Below the pieces are notes generated by a model. That model was not told where the DNA came from. It was given only the letters and a program-made list of their open reading frames with translations, and did no database searches. From positions 166,160,001 to 166,224,000 of the forward strand of contig NC_042998.1 of the NCBI RefSeq assembly GCF_006345805.1: a DNA stretch of 64,000 nt. The letters run 5' to 3'. Origin of the DNA: Octopus sinensis (Eukaryota). Position numbers and translations under genes: made by a program. Positions 52,964-64,000 of the stretch are shown piece by piece; position 1 is the first letter of the stretch, and each line of letters starts with the position of its first letter.

Positions 52964-53661
52964 AATAATAATAATAATAATTGAAGGCATAACCATGTTG
53001 TGAAAGTTTTATACTGGAAGCTTTGTCAGAAATGGGGATTTGAAGCTGGAGGTACATGGTATGCAAAATTTTATGAGATTTTCCAATTAAAACAGATAAG
53101 CTAGAAAATAATAAACCAGACAGAAAAAGTTACAGATTTTTTAATTAATTTTTTTAAACTAATGAGTTTGAAACTTCGGTTACTGGGTGAATGAGTCAGA
53201 GGTTTTTCTATTCTGTGTATAAAAAAAGTTTGGCTACTTTTTCTAGCAGGTCATACAACCACATTGAGGCTCCGTCGTTGGTCTTTCTCAGTTATAATTT
53301 TGTTGTTATTTAGCCTCAAATCAACCCTGATACAGCAAACCTATCATCAAAGATATTCCAGCCTTCAGTAAACCGTCTTTTAAGGGATAATCTAGGACAT
53401 TACGTACAATGGGCGTGTGATTTAGGCAAGAGGATACTTTGGCTGCTTTTTTAGCGTGTCGAGCGACCAGGTAGAGGCTCTTTCATTGGTTCGATTGCGT
53501 GATGAGATTTTTTTTACACATATATGTATGTACATATATCATCGGCCGAAGTTAGAGAGTAAGTTAAAAGCTGAGAGTTTCGCGTATTGGTCCTTATCAA
53601 ACACGAATTTGGCCATTGTCACTCAGTAACGTCTGCCTATTATTAATGTGTATGTGTATGC

Positions 53662-53730
<69 letters not shown>

Positions 53731-53739
53731 CAGACAGAC

Positions 53740-53803
<64 letters not shown>

Positions 53804-54129
53804 GGACACATTCTCATATATGTTGCTATAAAAACATCTCTGGTTATTAAAGAAGGGTTTTATTAGGGGAGATTTTCAGTTTAAATTTTTCTGTTGTCGA
53901 AGATTCATGGTTTTGTCAATGGACCCGGAAGTTGTTGTTCGCAAACAACAGCAGTAATTTTCTCCAGCTGAATACACGTCATTGATAGGTTAAAATTACC
54001 CAAATACGGCAACTTTAACACGAAATAACTTCTAAAATACAAAATTTTATAAAAAATGTTAAGAGTAAACCCTGTTCTACCAGTATATGAAGTTTCAAAG
54101 TGTTAACAAAAATTACATCCCATTTTTCT

Positions 54130-54180
<51 letters not shown>

Positions 54181-54648
54181 ATTCGGTCCCTTGCAACTTT
54201 AAGTTTCGCAAGCTTGAGCTCGACGTGCTAGGTCTCAGTAAAGAACTTACGCAACTTTAAGAGTTTCTACAACGCTCGTTGCAGACAATTCTTGTCTGCC
54301 AACGATATAAATATCTGTACTTTTATGCACCATGCGTCGATGTGAGAGGTCTTCTCATAGTGAATACCCCAAAATCCGGCGTTATATCTTATTGTATTTA
54401 AATTATTGAGAGATTATCTAGAGACATCACTAATCTGATAGCTTCAATTAATGGACAAATGTGATATGTTTGGCAAAGCTGTCACGAACCACATTGTCAC
54501 ATTGTATATTACCTCTCCAACTCCGCTCTTGGGTGCTGTTTTAGTTATCTTATATTTTATTACCTTACTTTATTCGTGGCAAGCCATCACGTCACTGAAT
54601 GCCATCTCACTGTCGGTCACCTGTGAACATGCTGAATTAGACTCATCA

Positions 54649-54736
<88 letters not shown>

Positions 54737-54752
54737 GCGTGTGTGTGTGTGT

Positions 54753-54785
<33 letters not shown>

Positions 54786-55951
54786 TTATTAGGTTGTTTC
54801 TTTAAATTATTTTTATCAGATTGCTGACACTGACAATAAACTATCAAATCATACTACAACAATAAAAAAAAAAAGCAAAACAAAAACAGCAACAACAAAT
54901 CTCACTACTAAAATGATAATGTCAATGCTTAATTTTCTGTTGCTGAAATCAGGTGCCAGGGGTCAAGATATTCCCTCTTACGTTGTGTGTTGACACGAAG
55001 TATTTCTTTCCTTCCCCCCTTTTTTTATGATTCACGAAACAAAAACAAAACAAAAAAGAGAAATGATTGGTTTCTTTCTGAAGTTTTCTCAAATAAAACA
55101 GAAATAAATTGCAATCTTCTATTCAAACATAACGAAAACCACCTCGTTGTTCTAAGATGAAAAGCTTACTAGACAAACACAGTATTGTTGAGTTGACATA
55201 GAAAACAAAAACTAAAAGATTGGTAGTACACGTGACCATTTACTGGTCTGAAGAGTTTCTTAATTGGGATTGAATAGAAGAGGACGTTTTTTTTTTTTAA
55301 AAAAGCAAAACCAAACCAAAGCAGACCAAACAAGATGCAAGACATTAAAAAAATGAAGGGGATTGTGGGGGCAAGGGGGGGGGAGATAAAAATATACAAT
55401 AAAGAAATGGAGAGTGTTTTAAATTTGTTTTTCTGACACTTGATCAAAAGACGAAACCGTGAAGTTATCAGAATAAACAAAACATTGTCGCTTGGTGGTT
55501 TTTTGTAGTTTATCACAAGATTTTATCCGCTATTTTGTTTTATTGAAATATGCAATAATGCGTTTATAAATACAGAGAATACCTTCTTTCATTTAGTCTC
55601 TCTTCTTTCTTTCCTTTTGTAATTTTTATTGCCTTTCTCATTTCCTTTTTGCACGTTTTAAGCGGTTATGCATATTCGGGTCGGCCAATCCCATTATCTC
55701 CGAATTTATGGTATGCTGTAAATAGCAGATGCAATGGAAACATGCCTGTGACTTGTATGCAGTTGGTGCAACGAAAATTTTGTCATCAAACAGGTAGGTG
55801 TGGCTGTGTGGTTAAGAAGATTGCTTCCCAACCATATGGTTCCGGCTTCAGTGCCCCTGCATGGCACCTTGGACAAGTGTCTTCTACTGTAGCCTCGGAC
55901 CGACCAAAGCCTTGTGAGTGGATTTGGTAGACGAAACGTTAAGAATCCCGT

Positions 55952-56002
<51 letters not shown>

Positions 56003-56423
56003 CTTTGTGCCTGTGTTTCTCCCTCCACCACAACCGCTTGACAGCTGGTGTTGGGGTGTTTACGTCCCTGTAACTTAGCGGTTCGACAAAAGAACCGATA
56101 AAATAAGTAGTAGGTTAAAAATAAATTTAAATGTACTGGGGTTAATTCACTCGCCTAAAAATTCTTCGAAGTGGTGCCCCAGCAAGGCCGCAGTCTAATG
56201 GCAGAAACAAGTAAGAAGATAAAATGATAAAATAATAAACATTTAAAGTTAACAGTCTTTGTGTGTTTTTTGAATGACTAATATATATTTTCCACGCTGT
56301 AATCGTTTTAATTTCAACACATAGTCTCAGGTCTAATCACTTGCCTGACGAGTACACCTTCCACATATAAATAGTGAAAAGCCTTGATTTAACTTCTGTG
56401 TGGTCACAAAAATGAGTTAGTGT

Positions 56424-56462
56424 TCTCTGATGAAGCTGTATAAAATGCTGAAACTAGTCAGG
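56424..56462 (+). ncRNA. Minimal type I hammerhead ribozyme motif (Penelope type)
   Basis: TCT-CTGATGA-AGC-TGTATAAAAT-GCT-GAAAC-TA-GTC-AGG: canonical core, palindromic stem III ACTAGT, short stems I and II. Confidence 0.7.
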
Positions 56463-56692
56463 CTGATATCCTCTTTTCTGGAGGCAGAGAGAAAAAAACA
56501 TGTGGTTTAACCACAGTGTCTACTTCTCACAGTGAAGCTAAAAAAATGCATGCTCTCTACAAAGAAACCCCACCATCTCCGTAATCTATTCCTCCTCTCC
56601 TCCAAACCCCTTTGTTATGCTTCTCTTATATGTGTATGTTTATGCATGTGTGTGTGTGTAAATGTAAATATATATGCATATATACGCGTGTA

Positions 56693-56773
<81 letters not shown>

Positions 56774-56877
56774 GTCTGTGTGTGTATATATATATATGCA
56801 CATATATATACATATATATATGTATATATGTATATATATATATATAAATATATATGTATATATGCATATGTATATAA

Positions 56878-56913
<36 letters not shown>

Positions 56914-57181
56914 GCATATATATATATGTGTATATATATATGCACATATATGTGCATACATATATATACATATATATGTGTGTGTATGTGTGTACGTATG
57001 TGTGTATGCATGTATGTATGTATGTGTGTGTGGGTGTGGGTGAGCGTGCTCGTGCGAGTGTATAGTTGTCACATGTGGTGTGTATTAAAGTTATGTAAAT
57101 ATACTGCTAATAATGATAATAATATAAATGACACAGAGAAATGAAACGATGTGTTTATGATTTATATATGAGGAAAATATC

Positions 57182-57222
<41 letters not shown>

Positions 57223-57649
57223 GAGGGGGGGCCAGTTGAAGTGAGATGAGACGGATGAAGAAAGTGGTCGTGAAGGAGATGGTGGTTGGTGATATGACGT
57301 ATATATAAGATTCATATAGCGTACATTAGGCGTTTGGTTGTCAGATTTGTAGGCAGCAACACACACATGCACAGAGACGCTCACAAACATGAATACATAC
57401 ACGCACATACTCATACAGACACATACACACATACACGAACACACACGCACAAGTGCACACCTGTTATGATTCACCGTTCTGAAGTGGGCGGAAGGGGTAG
57501 GTTTGCGCGAAAGAACAAATATTTATAAGCCTTTTTCGTCTTTCAAAGGTTCCCAGCCGTTGTCATGAAACTTGACTTTACCATCTTCCGCCATTAGTTG
57601 AAACAGTTATACCTAAAGTTTTTTTGTAGATAAAGTTTTCCTCTCGGTT

Positions 57650-57803
57650 TGTTTCCTTTTTCCTCTCTTTATTTTTCTCTCTCTCCTTCTTTCTCTCTTT
57701 CCTTCTTTCTTTCTCTCTTTCCTTCTTTCTTTCCTTCTTTCTTTCCTTCTTTCTTTCTTTCCTTCTTTCCTTCCTTCCTTCCTTCTTTCCTTTCTTTCTT
57801 CCT

Positions 57804-57837
<34 letters not shown>

Positions 57838-57840
57838 TTC

Positions 57841-57874
<34 letters not shown>

Positions 57875-57915
57875 CTCTTTCTTCCTCCTTTCTTTCTTTC
57901 TTTCTTCCTTCCTTC

Positions 57916-57946
<31 letters not shown>

Positions 57947-57996
57947 TCCTTCTTCCTTCCTTCCTTTTTCTTCCTTTCTTCTTTCTTTTTTCTTTT

Positions 57997-58035
<39 letters not shown>

Positions 58036-58135
58036 CTTTCTTCCTTCCTTCCTTCCTTTCTTCCATCCTTCCTTCCTTCCTTCCTTCCTTCCTTTCTTCC
58101 ATCCTTCCTTCCTTCCTTCCTTCCTTTCTTTCTTC

Positions 58136-58168
<33 letters not shown>

Positions 58169-58224
58169 TTCCTTTCTTCCTTTCTTTCTTTCTTTCTTCC
58201 TTCCTTTCTTCCTTCCTTTCTTCT

Positions 58225-58256
<32 letters not shown>

Positions 58257-58345
58257 TTCATTCCTTCCTTTCTTTCTTCCTTCCTTCCTTCATTCCTTCC
58301 TTCCTTCCTTTCTTTCCTCCTTTCTTTCTTTCTTTCTTTCTTTTT
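57650..58345. repeat. ~700-bp polypyrimidine/polypurine (CTTT/CCTT)n tract
   Basis: Almost exclusively C and T on the plus strand; source of the spurious K/E/R-rich and F/L/S-rich ORFs. Confidence 0.98.
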
Positions 58346-60366
58346 TCGTTCAATTGTTTTATTTGCTTCTTGTACATAAGTAATTTTGTCAATATGCACA
58401 AATTTATAGATTCTTATATAGTACGGCAAATTAACTGAGCTTAATTTGAAACCGAGTTGATTTTACTGAATTGTCCATGCCTTCCACAGATTTGTAAATT
58501 TCAGTAAATTTCAGTAAATTTATGGCCAAAATCGTTCCAACCATTCAAATCCCATTTTTAACATTTTTTTATAAACTAACTGCATTCTCCAATGGTATCC
58601 TTTATTCACCAGACAAGCTGTGATTTGAGGAGATAGGGCTACTATTTCCAGCAGGTGGAAGATTCATGTATTAGCGAATTGAAGAAAAAAGAACCATCCC
58701 CAAACTCAGCAACATTGGCATTTCAGAGTGAAATAAAACAAAGCAGACCTCTTAAACAGTGCATTCAGATTTTCGTTCTTAGGTACTTCGCTTTTTGTGT
58801 TTAGACAGACGGATACACTTATGAGTATCGTTCAGCTCAAAAACGCACACTTATACGTATGTAAAGCGCACACATATACATATGTAAAATGCACGTAAAG
58901 GGCGGGGAGCACAATAAGGACTTTTTACTGCATTTTTGACTTCGAGAAGAAATATATTTTTTACAAATGTTCACGACCTTACTAAAACTATATCAGCTGA
59001 GCAAATGTCCTTTTTTAAATGCATTAAAAACATAACAATCTGGACAGTGTTTCAGAAAATTAACACCGTTCTCTTTGAGCATATAGAAAACAAATTTAGC
59101 TGGGGGAAAATGGGTAAGTCAAGATGAGGTAAATTTACTTCTTCAATTCTCCAGGATTTACATTTGAAGACAGGCTCATGCACATCAATATTCATCCTCA
59201 AATAATAGAAAGATCAGAAATAATTATAACAAAAATTTAAAATATCTAGGTTAAATGAAAGAGGAATCAAGGGAAAATCGCACATGATATGAAATTAACG
59301 ACACTTGGCTAAATCAAAAACACTCAACATAAAATAACCTCTATAGCTTCCTCCCTATCTGTTGCAGTTAAAGAGAAGAAATTATTGAAATTAGTCGTGA
59401 CTCATTTTACCTCACCTTACATATACATCATGTTTTGAAGATTGAAAATTATCAAATTAGCCATTAGTGTGGGAAAAACTTGACTTGGAATCTAACAGAG
59501 AAACGAACACTGTTGCTAAACACTAACAATTATTAAACTATTTTATTAGCAACCTCAATTACAATCAGGTCAAATTTGAGGAAAAATTTCTTGAAAAGAA
59601 ATCAGAACACTACATTCTTTTTCTAGGTTAGCTTTGATCAGGCATGCCTTTGATCAACGACATTTCAGCTGTAACCATCCACTCCATTTTTCTAAGACAG
59701 TAGAATGTAATTTGAGATGGATTTTGCTAATGTATGTGCCAAGTCGAACAATGTCAAAAAAGTTTTTCCGCAGTTCCATCTCCTTGTTTTTTCTACAGTT
59801 ACTGAAATAAAAAAAAAATAATAATAAATGCGCCCTTTTTAAAGCCTAGCCAGGCTCATGGGCCCGGTTCCCGGTTTCTATGGCGTATGTGTTCCCCAGC
59901 TGGACGGGACACCAGTCCATCGTAGCGTTTATCATTTTTGCCAGATGAGTGGACTGGAGCAACGTGAAATGAAGTGTTTTGCTCAAGAACACAACGCGTC
60001 GCTCGGTCCAGGAATCAAAACCACAGTCTTACGATCATGGTGCTGACACCCTAACCACTAAGCCACGCGCCTTCATCTAAATACTTAGTGCCATTCCAGG
60101 CTCATAAGGGCCGGTTTCCCGGTTTCAGTGGTGTAGAAATTCCCCACCTGTACGGGACGCCGGTCCATCGCAGCGTTACTCATTTTTGCCAGTTGAGTGG
60201 ACTGGAGCAACGCGAAACGAAGTATTTTGTTCAAGAACACAACGCATCACCCGGTCCAGGAATCGAAACCACAACCTTACGATCATGATGCTGACACCTT
60301 AACCACTAAGTCACGCGCCTCCACGCTACAGTTACTGAAATTTAAACTTATTTCATCCTTCTAATG

Positions 60367-60595
60367 CAGTGATTCTCAATCAGTGTCCAAATGGCCCTTG
60401 AGGGTCCACATGAGATTTTATTGCTAAAATTTATGTGCAATAAACTGGTTATACTTCTACAACACATAAAATATTACAATTTTTTAATACAGTTCCTAAT
60501 AATATTGAATTATAAAAATATAAGATTTTCTAAACATCAAAAGTAAAATAGGAGTCAAAGGGGTCCTTAGGTAAGAAAATGGTTGAGATGCACTG
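60367..60595. mobile_element. hAT-type MITE (229 bp)
   Basis: Ends CAGTGATTCTCAA...TTGAGATGCACTG (11/13 inverted). 8-bp flanks TTCTAATG and TTGTAATG (7/8) fit an 8-bp hAT TSD. Confidence 0.8.
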
Positions 60596-61062
60596 TTGTA
60601 ATGCCTTCTTTAGTTTAATAATATTCGCATATTTTTAAGACATTCTAAGGTGTCAAACTGGCTTAGCGGAATTTCTTTCGGTTTTACGCTCTGTGTTCTA
60701 ATTCCGCCGAGCTTGACTTTACTAACCATCCTCTAGGTGTCAATAAAATAAACACCATCGAACAGTGGGATCGATGTAATCAACCAAAATTTCAGGTTTC
60801 GCACCTATATATATTAGAAAGGATTATACAGGTTGCGCATGATTGATTTTCTATGAAAACAGATTACTTTTTGGTTTCTGTTAATTGTAGAAGACATGAA
60901 CTTTTAGAAAACAGAGCAAGTGCAAAAAATAAATAACTAAAAATCAACAACAATAAAATAAAATATTGGACTAATTTCTTTACTTACAATAAGGCTTCAG
61001 AATTTGGACTTGCTAAACTTTTTCATCTGACCAGTTTAACACGCACACTCACACCTCCAAAT

Positions 61063-61207
61063 TATGTATGAATGTATGTATGTATGTATGAATGTATGTA
61101 TGTATGTATGTATGTATGTATGTATGTATGTATGTATGTATGTATGTATGTGTGTATGTGTGTGTGTATGTATGTATGTATGTATGAATGATCTATGTGT
61201 GTGTGTA

Positions 61208-61238
<31 letters not shown>

Positions 61239-61295
61239 ATGTATGTATGTATGTATGTATGTATGTGTGTATGTGTGTGTATGTGTGTGTGTATG

Positions 61296-61360
<65 letters not shown>

Positions 61361-61400
61361 GTACCATAGGTAGGTAGGTAAGTAGGTAGGTAGGCAGGCA
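61063..61400. repeat. Compound (TATG)n/(TG)n/(TAGG)n microsatellite
   Basis: Direct reading of the sequence. Confidence 0.97.
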
Positions 61401-61959
61401 CGTATGGTTCGATGGATGTGTGTGCGTGTGTGTGTGTACGAGATACAAATATACATTGAAAAGTGGTAAATTATGTCAAAACTTTTGGTTTCTTATATTA
61501 CCTGACCTAGATAAGGCGGCGAGCTGGCAGAATCGTTAGCACTCCGGGCTAGCGGTTATATAGTATATTATCAGAGAAATGAGTCTCCGTCATCCGTTTG
61601 TATGTGTGGATGGAAAGATGACCTGAAGTTTAGACATTATTGAATCGTAATGTTAACCTTCTTTGTAATGATTTCATGGAGTACAGTCAATTATATCGAT
61701 CTCAGTACTTGGCTGGTACTTTATTTTTGTGCCTCCAAAATGAGGAAAAGTTAAATTGACCTCATCGAGATTCGATTTCGGAAAGTAAAGAGGTTTTACT
61801 AAATACTTCTTCTGTAAATTCGAATTAGTAATAAGGTTTTCTAACAAAGATACAAATTCTCAAAGGAAGCTGAAGTCAGTTACATAGACTTCAGTGTACA
61901 ACCCGTACTTATTCTATCCATCCATCTATCCATTCAATCATCCATCCCTTCATCTTCTC

Positions 61960-62330
61960 CGTCCACTATTTCTGGGAGAGTCGTGGGAGTAGAGTCCTAA
62001 GGAACTTCCTCCATAGGGTTCAGGGAGAAGCAACCGTCATTAATCCTTAAAAGCTGTCCCCTTGCGGATTCCTTTCAGGGTCCCGAGACATATCTTTTGT
62101 GTCCCCATCCACGCCTTCCAGAACAAGTGGCAGGTTCATTACTGGTTATATTTGCATTGAGTAGAGACTGTAGTATACTTTTTAAACGGACCTCTCTATC
62201 TAAGAACCGAACACATCTCTTGTTAATCCGTGTGACAGACAATGCGGCATTACTGTTTTCTTGAACCTCTTTCACAATGCAGTTTTTGGTGGTTTGATTC
62301 ATACCATGCTCTAAGATGTTATTTATATCT
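61960..62330 (-). mobile_element. Possible non-LTR RT fragment (R4/RLE-like)
   Basis: Minus strand across frameshifts gives KGI.QGDSF...SLNP, resembling the RT GI.QGDSLSP..F...LNP motif. Heavily decayed. Confidence 0.4.
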
Positions 62331-63926
62331 GATCCGCGAACAACTATATATTTTATCGAATCCAGAAAAAAGACAAAATACGGATTTTATCAGCAAAATT
62401 GAACTCCTTCTATTGTGAGAAATGCATATTCTCTCAAGAGATTACAACGTCTAAATGATAAAGCAAAATGTAAATAACTCATATAAATGCTGTATGAAAA
62501 AGCTTTCCAAAATTAAACAGCAAAATAAAACATTTCAAGATAAATTATTTATATATATGACATATTTAAAGTGTTTCGTTGAAAAACTAAAAGCTGTAGT
62601 TTTCGCCAGACAAAGAAATCTCTTTATAGACTTATTGTGTCATACTTTTAACATATGTCTGTAAAGGGATTTTTCTCGGACGAAAACTGCAGATTCTGGC
62701 TTTTCAACGATATACATACATTGTGTCACAAAGATAATAATTTTACTCTATAGCTACTTCTTTTGAATAATTCAAATGGCGTCACTGCAAACCAGTGTGG
62801 CCCATTCGACTTCGTTTCGGAAGTGACACGAGTATGTGATACTGAAAAGCCATAAGAACGACGAAATGCACATCTATCGCACTTGTAGTCAATTTCGGAG
62901 CTATTTAGTTTTGCCTAGCTCTGAAGTACTCGCACGTTGCATTTTTTTAAACACAATACGTTATAGAGGGACTTTTTTCGGACGAAAACTGCAGCTTTTG
63001 ATTTTTCAATGATACACATACGTTAAGTATGTTATAGAGTTGCTTCTATATCATTGTTCAAATTTTAAGATAATTTTTTGCTTAAGAAGGTTCAATAAAT
63101 TTGCCTTCCAGATAATTTAGTTGGCAGTAAAGAAAAGATATTTAAATAGATTGTTACAGCCACACTTTTTTCTTCCATTTGACCATTTTGACATATATAC
63201 GCACACATATACACTCACCCCTCTCACCCGTATATAATGAACTAAAGATATACAGTGAAAGGTTGTAAATCTTGCCAAAACATCTGGTTTCTTTAATTAG
63301 GGGACTAGATTAGCTCGTAGACTCTACACACGATATTCCTGTTTTTAGAACTCTTCTTCATCATTAAGTTGATAGCAATTCTATATGTGGTTGATTGTAT
63401 ATTGTAGCAATTGTAGTTGAAAGTAGCTAATATATATCCCGTTTCTACGTCTGGATAGTAACAAATCTGGAAGTTCAAACAGTATGTTGATTTGTAATAT
63501 TGATATTGCTCCTTACAATTTATAGTACTTGACTGGTATTTTATTTTCAACGTCCCGACACAGAAATGATGAAAAGCACAAATCGACCACGACAGGACTT
63601 GGTCTCAGAACGTAAAGAGATGTTGCCAAATACCTATTATGTTAAACTAGTTCTATAATAATTCTTTCTGCTAGAGACATAAGGCCTGAAATTCGTGTGC
63701 GATAGGTGATTCATCACTCTCAGCTGATATTTATTTTATCGAGAAGAAAAGTTGACCTCGGCGAGATTTGAACTCAGAACGTAGAGCCAGAAGAAATATC
63801 AGTAAGCATTTTGTTCGGTGTGTTAATGATTCTGCCAGCACACCGTCTTCTAAATCTGTAATAATCATATGCATTATTTACTTTATTTACATTCAACGGA
63901 TATTTGTCCTCATCTTGTTTGTTGTT

Positions 63927-63972
63927 AACACAACGTTTCGGCTGATATGCCCTCCAGCCTTCTTCAGGAGTC
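63927..63972 (-). ncRNA. Minimal type I hammerhead ribozyme motif (Penelope type)
   Basis: GACTC-CTGAAGA-A-GGCTG-GAGGGCATAT-CAGCC-GAAAC-GTT-GTGTT: canonical core, perfect 5-bp stem II, palindromic AACGTT, stem I 4/5 paired. Confidence 0.75.
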
Positions 63973-64000
63973 TTGGGGAAATTTCGAACCTGGGTTTTCA

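Overview
AT-rich eukaryotic genomic DNA that is dense in microsatellites and dominated by transposable elements. The SINE families and microsatellite load suggest an octopod cephalopod (inference, not searched). There is no CRISPR array, rRNA or operon structure. One long non-TE ORF is present (551 aa, minus strand, 12348-14003, unidentified). A structurally complete Helitron spans 41862-47999 (TC...hairpin-CTAG ends, A|T target, frameshifted RepHel). Decayed DNA transposons include Tc1, a DD37D maT-type element, Merlin, a hAT MITE, a HINE and a possible Harbinger. Decayed non-LTR elements include CR1/L2, R4/Dong, HERO/NeSL-like RLE, RTE and Penelope. At least three tRNA-derived SINE families occur in many copies. 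The most unusual structure is at 34853-36675: a 362-bp tandem unit carrying a type I hammerhead-ribozyme motif, fused to a ~285-bp-arm palindrome whose 5-nt loop is the exact reverse complement of a hairpin loop inside the unit (a snap-back priming signature). Two further hammerhead-like motifs with long stem II follow it, and two other minimal hammerheads lie at 56424-56462 and 63927-63972. All analysis was by eye; most repeat boundaries are approximate.
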